Of a stretch of DNA of 64,000 bases, positions 1 through 8,456 are shown in pieces. Position numbers and translations under genes: made by a program. Position 1 is the stretch's first letter; every line of letters begins with the position of its first letter. A model generated the notes under the pieces. It made no database searches. It saw only the letters and a list, made by a program, of their open reading frames with translations, and was not told the origin of the DNA. Origin of the DNA: an uncultured delta proteobacterium (GTDB taxonomy: Bacteria > Desulfobacterota > Binatia > Binatales > Binataceae); assembly GCA_963765675.1 (NCBI GenBank), contig CAVXXK010000007.1:40297-104296 (forward strand), written 5' to 3'.

Positions 1-2
1 TC

Positions 3-725
3 AGCGCGGCGACTCCCGCCTTGTCGGTGATCGGTCCGTGGCCGGGGACGATAGTTTCCACGTCGAGTGCGAGCATCGTATCGCACGCGGCGATCCAGTT
101 TGCGACCGGGCCGGCCCAGATGATCGGATGGCCGCCGATGAACAGGATATCGCCGGTGAAAATCGTGCGGTCGGCGGGAACGTGGACCAGCACGTCGCCG
201 CGCGTGTGCGCGGGTCCGACCTGGATGAGGCGCACGCGCTTGGCGCCGACGGTGACTTCGAGCTCGCCCTCGAAGGTGCGGGTCGGGAAGCGCGCCGCGA
301 ATCCCCTCGAATTGGAACGGCCCGAAGATTTTGAGGATGTACTCGCCGACCGGTCCCATCGAGGGCGCCGCTTTCATCATCGCGGCCAGCCGTCCGGGAG
401 GCTCGCTGCGCATTTCCTCGGCGCAGGCTTTCGACGCGATAATTTCCGCGCCCTCGACCAGCTCGTTGCCGTTGCAATGGTCGCCGTTCGAATGCGAGTT
501 GACGAGCTTGCGGATCGGCGCGCGCGAGGTCGCGGGGCGCATCGCGTCGAGCATCTCGCGCGTGAGCGGCAGGTCGAACAGCGTATCGACCAGCATCGAC
601 TCGCCGCCGTCGGTGATTAGCCCGGCATTGCTCCATCCCCAGGAGCCGTCGGGCTGCAGGTACGCGAACGCGCCGTTGCCGATATCGTGGAGACCCTTGG
701 TGTACGCCCATTTACCATGCGCCAT
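3..725 (-). CDS. MBL-fold metallo-hydrolase (3' end runs off the window)
   Basis: Not in the ORF track. Manual translation from ATG 725 gives MAHGKWAYTKGLHDIGNGAFAYLQPDGSWGWSNAGLI...LVDTLFD...VNSHSNGDHCNGN (HxxxDH motif), then AHTRGD and FTGDILF. Confidence 0.85.
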   Translation of the reverse strand, partial: MAHGKWAYTKGLHDIGNGAFAYLQPDGSWGWSNAGLITDGGESMLVDTLFDLPLTREMLDAMRPATSRAPIRKLVNSHSNGDHCNGNELVEGAEIIASKACAEEMRSEPPGRLAAMMKAAPSMGPVGEYILKIFGPFQFEGIRGALPDPHLRGRARSHRRRQARAPHPGRTRAHARRRAGPRSRRPHDFHRRYPVHRRPSDHLGRPGRKLDRRVRYDARTRRGNYRPRPRTDHRQGGSRRA

Positions 726-1125
726 GGATAAATCCTCTCGCGTGCGGGTTCAGGTGGACGAACGATACGACGATCGGGCGGCCGAGGTCGAGCGCATGAG
801 GGCGTGCGCGGAGCGCGAATCAAACGATGTCTCGACGGTGGGTTCGTTCAGGCTGTTTTCTGATCTCGAGATCGGAAAACTCTTTGATTCTGTTGAGGAG
901 TGCTATTGAAAAGTGCCAGTTCGTTTTCCTGCCGGGCAGCCGCGAAAATTCGCGGCGTGATCGGGGCAGGGTGATCCGAAACGTCGAAGGACGGGAGTTA
1001 GGTGATGCGGGTTTTTTGTCCATGCGATCAATTCTGCGCAAAGCGCGAAAAATAACAAGGCTGAACAGTTCAGCCATGAACAAATCTGGCAAAAAACCTA
1101 ACGCTCGTTAGGCTGGGAGTTTTCT

Positions 1126-1155
1126 GGTCCCTTTCCCTTCAGGGCGAGGGATCAG
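1126..1155. repeat. Degenerate CCCCTTCCC-N-GGGAAGGGG-type palindromic repeat, inverted relative to 2611..2648
   Basis: ggtccctttcccttcagggcgagggatcag resembles the reverse complement of 2611..2648 (ggttccccttcccgtgcgggaaggggtcag). Confidence 0.5.
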
Positions 1156-1208
1156 ATGGCGGGCGGCACCGCGATTTATCCGCGCACATACAGGTGACGC
1201 TTCGCGTC

Positions 1209-1234
1209 GGCCGACGAGCCGTCGGCCACCACTG
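1209..1234 (-). repeat. 26-nt REP (CAGTGG-N-8 bp stem), same family as the REPs around the RAYT gene
   Basis: Reverse complement is CAGTGG T GGCCGACG GCT CGTCGGCC, identical to 2705..2730. Confidence 0.8.
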
Positions 1235-1251
1235 GCGGAAATAGGACGAAC

Positions 1252-1293
1252 AAAAAAAGAGCCGCGGTCGATTCGGATCGGCCGCGGCTCTTT
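1252..1293 (-). terminator. Rho-independent terminator of the acyl-CoA dehydrogenase gene
   Basis: Stem aaagagccgcgg..ccgcggctcttt followed by a T-run on the minus strand, ~20 nt after the stop at 1312. Confidence 0.85.
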
Positions 1294-1311
1294 GCATTCA
1301 GAATTGCGCGA

Positions 1312-2439
1312 TCAGCCGAGCAGCGTGCGCGCTACGGTCTCGCGATGCACCGGGCCGTTGCCGAGGTTCGCTTCGCCGGCGAGGGCGCGGCGATGGAACA
1401 GATGCATGTCGTGCTCCCAGGTGAAGCCGATTCCGCCGTGAACCTGGATCGCTTCGCTGGTCACGTTCTTGGCCATGTCGGAGGCGTACGCCTTCGCCAT
1501 CGGGACGGCGGTCTTCTGCTCGTCGTTGTTGGTGTCAACGGTCCAGCATGCGTAGTACACAAGTGAACGCGCATTCTCGACTGCGACCATCATATCGACG
1601 CACTTGTGCTTGACCGCCTGGAACGAGCCGATTGGCTTGCCGAACTGCACGCGGGTCTTGGCGTACTCGACCGACATGTCGAGCGCGCGCTGCGCCGTGC
1701 CGACCATCTCGGTCGCGAGGCCGGCGGTCGCGATGTTGAGCACGCGGCGCAGGATCGGCCATCCTTCGTCGACCTTGCCCAGAATTCCATCGGCCTTGAC
1801 GTTGTCGAACTTCACATGGCACAGGCGCCGGGTCATATCGACGGTCTTTAGCTGCGTGATCGTGACGCCCTTGGTGCCGGCGGGGACGCGGAAAATCGTG
1901 ATGCCTTTTTCGCCGCTGCCGCTGGTGCGCGCCGCGACCGCGATACCGTCCGCGACGTGGGCGTCGGGCACGAAGAATTTTTCACCGTTAAGGATATAGT
2001 CCGAGCCGCTCTTGGTCGCCTTCATCTGGACGCCTTCGGCGTCGAAGCGGCCCGAGGCCTCTGCCAGCGCGAGGGTCGCGATAAACTCGCCTTTGGCCAT
2101 CCGCGGCAGAACCTGTTTCTTCTCGGCCTCGGGGAGCCCTTCCATCGCGAGGGGCACGCCAATCAGCGCGGCGGTGAAGAATGGTCCGGGAAGGAGCGCC
2201 TTGCCGGCTTCTTCGACCACGACCGTCATGTCGAGAAAGGTTCCGCCCTGGCCGCCGTACTCTTCCGGGATGAGCAGCCCGGGCCATCCGAGCTCGACGA
2301 TCTTCTTCCAGAAGGCCTTATCGTGGGCGGTAGGGTCGGCCATCATCTGGCGGACAAATTTGGTCGGGCAATTGTCGGCCAGAAAGCGCTTGGCCGCGTC
2401 CCGCAACATCTCCTGTTCTTCAGAAAACCCGAAGTCCAA
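1312..2439 (-). CDS. Acyl-CoA dehydrogenase family protein
   Basis: (M)DFGFSEEQEMLRD start (TTG, GGAGGA upstream); RVQFGKPIGSFQAVKH and AIQVHGGIGFTWEHD motifs. Confidence 0.95.
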   Translation of the reverse strand: MDFGFSEEQEMLRDAAKRFLADNCPTKFVRQMMADPTAHDKAFWKKIVELGWPGLLIPEEYGGQGGTFLDMTVVVEEAGKALLPGPFFTAALIGVPLAMEGLPEAEKKQVLPRMAKGEFIATLALAEASGRFDAEGVQMKATKSGSDYILNGEKFFVPDAHVADGIAVAARTSGSGEKGITIFRVPAGTKGVTITQLKTVDMTRRLCHVKFDNVKADGILGKVDEGWPILRRVLNIATAGLATEMVGTAQRALDMSVEYAKTRVQFGKPIGSFQAVKHKCVDMMVAVENARSLVYYACWTVDTNNDEQKTAVPMAKAYASDMAKNVTSEAIQVHGGIGFTWEHDMHLFHRRALAGEANLGNGPVHRETVARTLLG

Positions 2440-2610
2440 CTTGGCATTCCTCCGTGATAGGGGCTTGGATGGGAATCCGGCGTTGCCGCTCGAACCCACG
2501 TTTCAGGTAGCATTAAGTGTTTTGCACGTGCAAGCGGCTGGATGCAGCGGATCGGCGTTCGGCTCGCGGCTTCCAGAAATAGAAAACGGCAGATAGAAAA
2601 CAAGGATCGA

Positions 2611-2648
2611 CCTAACCCCTGACCCCTTCCCGCACGGGAAGGGGAACC
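2611..2648. repeat. Intergenic palindromic repeat (CCTAACCCC...CCCCTTCCC-N-GGGAAGGGG)
   Basis: Perfect inner stem ccccttccc/gggaagggg. Confidence 0.65.
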
Positions 2649-2704
2649 TTGGATCTGGGCGGGCGCGCTCGAACTGGTATGGCGCGATGCGCGCCGGGTT
2701 CTTT

Positions 2705-2730
2705 CAGTGGTGGCCGACGGCTCGTCGGCC
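2705..2730 (+). repeat. 26-nt REP, same family as the REPs around the RAYT gene
   Basis: CAGTGG T GGCCGACG GCT CGTCGGCC. Confidence 0.8.
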
Positions 2731-2771
2731 TACGCGGAGCGTCGTGTTGCAGGGCCAGGATGCAGAGCAGC

Positions 2772-2850
2772 ACCCTCACCCACGCGTCACGATGGTTGCG
2801 AAAAAAGCGCAAGCATCGCGCCGCGTCGCCCTCTCCCGGGCGGAGAGGGT
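2772..2850. repeat. Intergenic palindromic repeat (CCCTCACCC...CCCTCTCCC..GGAGAGGG type) with an internal hairpin
   Basis: accctcaccc, then hairpin cgatggttgcg-aaaaaa-gcgcaagcatcg, then ccctctcccgggcggagagggt. Confidence 0.6.
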
Positions 2851-2928
2851 ATTTTCTATCTGCGCTTGATCGGCGAAGCGTGGGGCGCGCAGAATTGGAA
2901 TCTGCGCGGGGGCGTGGAGGAAATTAAA

Positions 2929-3711
2929 GTGGAACATAAAGATTTAGTGCGGGAGGAATTTACCCGGCAGGCCGACGATTACGCGGCGGCGCCGATGATC
3001 CGTGACGCCGAGCATATCGCGATGCTGATTCGCACGGTCGATCCCGCGCCAAATGCGCGCGTGCTCGAGGTCGCCACCGGGCCGGGACATGTCGCGCTTG
3101 CGTTTGCGAAAGTCTGCCGCGAAGTGGTCGGCGTCGATCTGACCGTGGCGCCGCTCAATATCGCGCGGCGGATGCGCGATGAGCGCGAAATCACCAATGC
3201 GCGGTTCGAGCTCGCCGACGCCGACCGGCTGCCATTCGGCGATGGCGAGTTCGACGTTGTCGTGTGCCGCTTCGCGGTGCATCACTTCGATCAGCCGGAA
3301 AAGGTAATTGGCGAGATGGCGCGGGTGTGCCGCGACGGCGGGACCGTCGCGATCGAGGATCTTATTTCGAGCGAGGATCCAGCGCGCGCGGCGTACTACA
3401 ACGAGTTCGAGCGGCTGCGCGACACCTCGCATACGCGGGCGTTGCCGCTGAGCGAGATGGCGCAGATCCTCGGGCGCGCGCACTGCGAGATCGCGCGCTT
3501 TACTTCGCACGGTATGCGCAATCCGGTCCAGGCGTGGCTGCGCTCGGCGAAGACCCCGCCCGAGCGCGCGGCGCGCACGCTTGCGATGATCGAGCGCGAC
3601 GTGGCCGAGGACTTAAGCGGCGCGCGATCGGTCAAGATCAAGGGCGAGCTGTTTTTCACGCATCGGATTGCGATCGTGGTGACGCGCAAGCTTGCGAGGC
3701 GCAAGAACTAG
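2929..3711 (+). CDS. Class I SAM-dependent methyltransferase (UbiE/Methyltransf_11-like)
   Basis: VLEVATGPG, VGVDLT, ADADRLPFGDGEFDVV motifs; GTG start after GGAGG. Confidence 0.9.
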   Translation: MEHKDLVREEFTRQADDYAAAPMIRDAEHIAMLIRTVDPAPNARVLEVATGPGHVALAFAKVCREVVGVDLTVAPLNIARRMRDEREITNARFELADADRLPFGDGEFDVVVCRFAVHHFDQPEKVIGEMARVCRDGGTVAIEDLISSEDPARAAYYNEFERLRDTSHTRALPLSEMAQILGRAHCEIARFTSHGMRNPVQAWLRSAKTPPERAARTLAMIERDVAEDLSGARSVKIKGELFFTHRIAIVVTRKLARRKN

Positions 3712-4892
3712 CCGTCGCGTTTGGGCGAGACGAGCGCGAGCACGCCGGAATACTGAAGCGCGGCGGCGGTATCGCCCGCGGATCCGACTTCGAAACCGGT
3801 GAAGAAGCCAGCCAGCGGAAACTCGCCCAGGTATTGGCGGATATAGGCCGGGTCGTGGCCCGCGAGATTGTAGAGCCCCACGCCGCGCGACACGCAATCG
3901 AAGTACAATCCGAATGCCGGCGGTGCAGATGAGGCCGCGCGCAAATCTTCAAGCATCGCTTTAAGGTCGGCGCGCGCGCGTTCGGCGTCGCGCAGCACGA
4001 TCGCGACCAGGTCTCCCACCTTCGGGTTGTGCGCGACCGCGAACACGCCGTGCTCTTCGCTGGCGCCGATAATGTTGCGGACCAGGTAACTGCCGCGGCT
4101 GAAATCGGCGCGCGCGGGATCGTGCGGAATCGCCAGGAACACGAAAGCGAGCGCGCGGCGCAAATCTTTGGCGAGCGGGCCGGCGGCGGCGGCGAAAACT
4201 TCGTACGCGGGACGATCATCAAGCGTCAGGATGATATTGTCGCGCACTCCGGTCACGCGATGCGGCGGTCCGATCGGAGTGCAGGCGACGGAGCTCGTGA
4301 TCGTCAGATCGAAGTCGCCGGACAGCAGCATCCCGGAGACGGCGTTGTTGCTGACCGTGTCGCCGCAGAACTGAAACGTCTCTCCGGCCGAGCCGTCTTC
4401 GCTGGCGCCGCCGCCCGCGATCGCGACGCCGGGAAGCTCGCGCGCGAGTGCGGGCAACAGTGCATCGGGATTGGCGTTGTACGAATCCGGAAAAATCAGG
4501 AGCAGATTTGACGCGCCGAGATTGGGGCGAACCGCGCTTGCGATTTCGGCGGCGACCTCGGCGTCGCGTCCGCGCAATTGCGGGACGAAGAAGCGATGCG
4601 CCGAAAGATCGGCGCCGCCGAAGACCATCACGGCCAGCGCGTGTCCCTTTTCGATTTCATTCTCGCACGCGATGATCCCGACACTCGAGCATCCCGCGAC
4701 TTCATCGGTCTTCGCGGCCGCGGCGACCGCGCGCAGGATCATCGTATAGGCGGCCCCGTAGGCCGTGGTTGCGAACACCAGCGCGCCCGCCGCCCGCGAC
4801 AAGCCGGCGGCGGCGAGAGCCTCCGCGGTCGCTTCAGCGGCGGCGATCTTTGGATTGGGCGCGACCGAATGGCCGACTCCAGCACGCAGCAT
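3708..4892 (-). CDS. FIST N/C domain signal-transduction protein
   Basis: C-terminal 394 aa of the 996-aa ORF: VAGCSSVG, IAGGGAS, YLVRNIIG, LYFDCVSRG, LAGFFTGFEV. Confidence 0.9.
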   Translation of the reverse strand: MLRAGVGHSVAPNPKIAAAEATAEALAAAGLSRAAGALVFATTAYGAAYTMILRAVAAAAKTDEVAGCSSVGIIACENEIEKGHALAVMVFGGADLSAHRFFVPQLRGRDAEVAAEIASAVRPNLGASNLLLIFPDSYNANPDALLPALARELPGVAIAGGGASEDGSAGETFQFCGDTVSNNAVSGMLLSGDFDLTITSSVACTPIGPPHRVTGVRDNIILTLDDRPAYEVFAAAAGPLAKDLRRALAFVFLAIPHDPARADFSRGSYLVRNIIGASEEHGVFAVAHNPKVGDLVAIVLRDAERARADLKAMLEDLRAASSAPPAFGLYFDCVSRGVGLYNLAGHDPAYIRQYLGEFPLAGFFTGFEVGSAGDTAAALQYSGVLALVSPKRDG

Positions 4893-4906
4893 CGCAACCC
4901 TCCTGA

Positions 4907-6379
4907 TCAGCGCCCGCCAAACAGCTCGAGCAGCTCGACCATCCGCTTGATTCCGGCGCCGAGCTCCTTGACGCTGATGCGCTCGTTGACTCCGTGGACG
5001 CCGTGGGCTTCGTCGGCGGTCACGCTGATCGGCATGAAGCCGTAGGCGATGAGATGTTTCTGGCGGAAATAGTGGCTGTCGGTAAAGCCGGAGGTCATCG
5101 TGGGCACCACCTGCGCCTTGCCGTCGCGGTGTGCGAGACCCTCGATCGCGGTCATCAACTCGGATCTCTGCGGCGAGGAGACCGGCGGGAAATTCAGGAT
5201 CACGTCGATGTGGATGTCCTTGTCGTCGATCACTTTTTCGATCGTGCGCAGGAATTTTTTCGGGTCGGTTCCGGGCAGCAGGCGGCAATCGATCTCGCAG
5301 TAGGCATTTTCCGAGATGACGTTGGTCTTGGCGCTCGCCGAAAGCACGGTCGGCGTGATCGTATCGCGCACGGAGGCGTTCTGGCGCGGCACCGAGACGA
5401 ACTCGCGCGCGAACGCGGGTTCCTTGAGCGCGGTCGCGAGATCGAGCCATTGGCGCGGCCCGTGCGTGATCTCGGACATCGTATGGTAGTAATTCTCGAC
5501 CGGGCCAATGATCCGGATGGGCGCGTGATACTCGTCCAGACGTGCGAGCGCGCGCACCAGCCTGGTGACCGCGGTTTCCGGCGGCGGGACCGCGGCGTGT
5601 CCCGCCGGCCCGGTCGCGGTGACGCGCAGCCACAGCGGAGTCTTCTCGGTCACGGATACGTTGTAGAGTTGCTTGCCGCCCGGCAGGTCCATGATCCCGC
5701 CGCCTTCGTTGAGCACGTAGCCCGCGTCCGCATAGACGCTCGGCTGATGATCGACGAACCATCCCGCGCCCGCTTTGCCGCCTTCTTCTTCGTCGCCGGT
5801 CGCGACCAGGATCACGTCGCGGTCGAGCAGGATTCCCGCGCGCTTGATCGCGAGCATCGCCATCATCTCGACCACGCCCGAGCCCTTGTCGTCGATCGCG
5901 CCGCGGCCCCAGATGACGCCGTCCTTGACCTCGCCGGAAAAGGGCGGGACCTGCCAGTCCTTGGCGTCGGCGGGAACCACGTCCATGTGGCAGAGCAGGA
6001 TGATCGCCTTCTGATGCTTGCCGATGCCGTGCAGGCGGGCGGCTACGATTCCGCGGCCGGGTGCGGACTCCCAGGTGGTCGCGGGAATACCGTCGGAGAG
6101 AAATTTCTCCTTCAGCAGCATCGCGGCCGGAAGTTCGTTGCCCGGAGGATTTGTGGTGTTGATCTGGATGTACTTGGAGAGAAAGGCGGTCGCCTCCTGG
6201 GTGAGTTTGTCGTAGTCGATGGGCTGAGGCGGAGCCGCCTTGGTCAGGACCGCGTCGCGCGTGAGAGGGGGAGACTTCGCGGGCTGAGCGAACGCGGCGG
6301 CAGATGAAGAAAGAATCGCGACGGCGATCGCGGCGGTGAACCAGGAACCTCGCGAGGCGGACTGACAAGGGTTTTTCAT
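4907..6379 (-). CDS. M20/M25/M40 family metallo-peptidase with signal peptide
   Basis: Signal-peptide-like N-terminus; LCHMDVVP, GRGAIDDKG, GDEEEGG, NEGG, HGVNER. Confidence 0.92.
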   Translation of the reverse strand: MKNPCQSASRGSWFTAAIAVAILSSSAAAFAQPAKSPPLTRDAVLTKAAPPQPIDYDKLTQEATAFLSKYIQINTTNPPGNELPAAMLLKEKFLSDGIPATTWESAPGRGIVAARLHGIGKHQKAIILLCHMDVVPADAKDWQVPPFSGEVKDGVIWGRGAIDDKGSGVVEMMAMLAIKRAGILLDRDVILVATGDEEEGGKAGAGWFVDHQPSVYADAGYVLNEGGGIMDLPGGKQLYNVSVTEKTPLWLRVTATGPAGHAAVPPPETAVTRLVRALARLDEYHAPIRIIGPVENYYHTMSEITHGPRQWLDLATALKEPAFAREFVSVPRQNASVRDTITPTVLSASAKTNVISENAYCEIDCRLLPGTDPKKFLRTIEKVIDDKDIHIDVILNFPPVSSPQRSELMTAIEGLAHRDGKAQVVPTMTSGFTDSHYFRQKHLIAYGFMPISVTADEAHGVHGVNERISVKELGAGIKRMVELLELFGGR

Positions 6380-6459
6380 AGGTGCGCTCGCCGTAGAAGT
6401 ATTCCGATTTCCGCGGGATCGTCAAACCTGCGCGACGATTGTCACCCATCGAGACTCGA

Positions 6460-6665
6460 CTGCTTTCGCGACTGGCGAGATTCCTCGCGGCCTTTGTCCA
6501 GCTCGACGTTACGCGCACGACGCACCGCGGGTTGCTTGACCGCGCTCGGAATGACACAAAAACGCACGAGTTGTCATTCCGAGCGCGATCGATCGCCAGT
6601 CTCGCGTCGTGCATACCGTCTCGCAATGCGCGCAGCGCGAGGAATCTCGCCAGTCGCGAAAGCAG
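6460..6665. repeat. Nested inverted-repeat element (30-bp outer and 16-bp inner perfect IRs)
   Basis: 6460..6489 pairs with 6636..6665; 6541..6556 pairs with 6572..6587. Confidence 0.9.
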
Positions 6666-6728
6666 CTCATCAGAGAGGAGCTGTGTGAAGCAGCGCATCT
6701 GAATCGATGTGATGCTAGAACCAGAGCG

Positions 6729-7418
6729 ATGAAGCGGCCTCCATCAAGGGCTCGTGCTCCTATTACTGCGCGGACGATTGGCGCGATCCTGCGGGTGCTG
6801 CGGCGCGAGGCGCCGGCGTGGAATGCGCCGATCGTCTCGTTCATCAGCATCCAGACTCGCGACCCGTTCAAGACGCTGATTAGCTGCATCCTGAGTTTGC
6901 GGACCAAGGATCAGACTACCGCGGTCGCGTCGCAGCGCCTGTTCGATCGCGCGGCGACGCCCGCGGCGATCGCGGCGATCCCCGAGCGTACGCTCGAGCG
7001 GCTGATTTTTCCGGTCGGGTTCTATCGCACCAAGGCGAAGGCGATCCGCGGAATCTGCCGCGACCTGATCGACAAACACGGCGGGCGCGTGCCCGACGAA
7101 ATCGACGCGCTGCTGACGCTGAAGGGCGTGGGGCGCAAGACTGCGAATCTCGTGGTGACCGAGGCGTACCGCAAGCCGGGCATCTGCGTCGATACGCATG
7201 TGCATCGCATTTCGAACCGGTGGGGACTGGTCAAAACGCACACACCCGAGAAAACCGAGATGGCGCTGCGCGAGATTCTGCCGCGCCGTCTCTGGCTCGA
7301 ATACAACGGAATCCTGGTCGCGTTCGGCCAGACGATCTGCCATCCGACGTCGCCGCGATGCACCCAGTGTCCGATCGCGAGCGCGTGCCCGAGAATCGGC
7401 GTGATCCATTCGCGCTAG
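6729..7418 (+). CDS. nth: Endonuclease III (HhH-GPD, 4Fe-4S)
   Basis: LKGVGRKTANLV, VDTHVHR and the Cys cluster C-x6-C-x2-C-x5-C. Confidence 0.93.
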   Translation: MKRPPSRARAPITARTIGAILRVLRREAPAWNAPIVSFISIQTRDPFKTLISCILSLRTKDQTTAVASQRLFDRAATPAAIAAIPERTLERLIFPVGFYRTKAKAIRGICRDLIDKHGGRVPDEIDALLTLKGVGRKTANLVVTEAYRKPGICVDTHVHRISNRWGLVKTHTPEKTEMALREILPRRLWLEYNGILVAFGQTICHPTSPRCTQCPIASACPRIGVIHSR

Positions 7419-7462
7419 CCGGCGCCGTTATCAGATCATCGCTTGCGTGGTAGGCTTCGCGC

Positions 7463-8353
7463 ATGAGTCTTGAAATTGGATTTATCGGCCTCGGATCGAT
7501 GGGCTTTCCGATCGCGGCGAATCTTGCCGCCGCGGGATTTCCGCTCACGGTCTGGAATCGCACCGCGTCCAAGGCGCAGCCGCTCGCTGAAAAAGGTGCG
7601 CGAATCGCCGCGAGTCCGCGAGAGGTCGCGCACGCCGGCGGAATTGTCATCACGATGGTGGCCGACGACGCCGCGCTCGAGAGCCTGGTCGTGGGCGAGG
7701 CAGCGATAGCGAGACAAATCGCGCCGGGCGGAATCCATCTGTCGATGAGCACCGTCGCTCCGGCGACGATCCGCAAGCTTGCCGAAGCTCATCGCGAAGC
7801 CGGAAGCGTCCTGCTCGCGTCTCCGGTGTTCGGGCGTCCGGATGCTGCGGCAGCCCGGAAGATGTTCGTCTGTATTTCCGGCGACGCCGCGGCGAAGCAG
7901 AAGGTCAGGCCGATCCTCGACGCGATCGGGCAGGGCGTGTTCGATTTCGGGGAGACGCCCGAGTCGGCGAGCGTCGCGAAAATCTCCGGCAACTTTTTGA
8001 TCGCCGCCGCGATGGAGGCGATGGGCGAGGCATTCGCGATGGCCGAGAAGTCGGGGCTCGATCGCGCCGCCGTCGCCACGATGCTCACGCGGACGCTGTT
8101 CGCATGCCCCGTCTATCAGGGTTATGGCGCGGCGATCGCGGCGCGCAGGCATTCACCGGCCGGGTTTCGCCTTCCGCTCGGACTTAAGGACGTCGAGCTG
8201 GTGCTGCGAACCGCGCGCGAGGTGAATGCCCCGATGCCGACCGCGAGCCTGCTGCGCGATCGCTTTGTTCACGCGCTCGCGATGGGCCGCGCCGATCTCG
8301 ACTGGTCGGCGATCGGGCTGGGCGCGCGGGAGGACGCGGGCCTCAAGGACTGA
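7463..8353 (+). CDS. NAD(P)-dependent oxidoreductase, 3-hydroxyisobutyrate dehydrogenase/6PGD family
   Basis: IGFIGLGSMG, VWNRT, SPVFG, AKISGN, GLKD. Confidence 0.92.
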   Translation: MSLEIGFIGLGSMGFPIAANLAAAGFPLTVWNRTASKAQPLAEKGARIAASPREVAHAGGIVITMVADDAALESLVVGEAAIARQIAPGGIHLSMSTVAPATIRKLAEAHREAGSVLLASPVFGRPDAAAARKMFVCISGDAAAKQKVRPILDAIGQGVFDFGETPESASVAKISGNFLIAAAMEAMGEAFAMAEKSGLDRAAVATMLTRTLFACPVYQGYGAAIAARRHSPAGFRLPLGLKDVELVLRTAREVNAPMPTASLLRDRFVHALAMGRADLDWSAIGLGAREDAGLKD

Positions 8354-8456
8354 GCGGTACCGACACAGCGTCAGTATCGACGCCACGTTTTCTCGGTTGC
8401 CTGCCGGATGGCGCTGCTTTATTGTGGATGCTCGCGCACGTTTCGTGCGCGTTCAG

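Noticed and set aside
726-1125. AT-richer intergenic tract with short ORFs, as a possible ncRNA or small gene
   Set aside because: No recognisable RNA motif or RBS-supported ORF; likely promoter region.
3708-6698. 996-aa ORF as a giant FIST fusion
   Set aside because: The N-terminal ~600 aa is an Arg-rich off-frame shadow of the M20 peptidase gene; only 3708..4892 looks like real protein.
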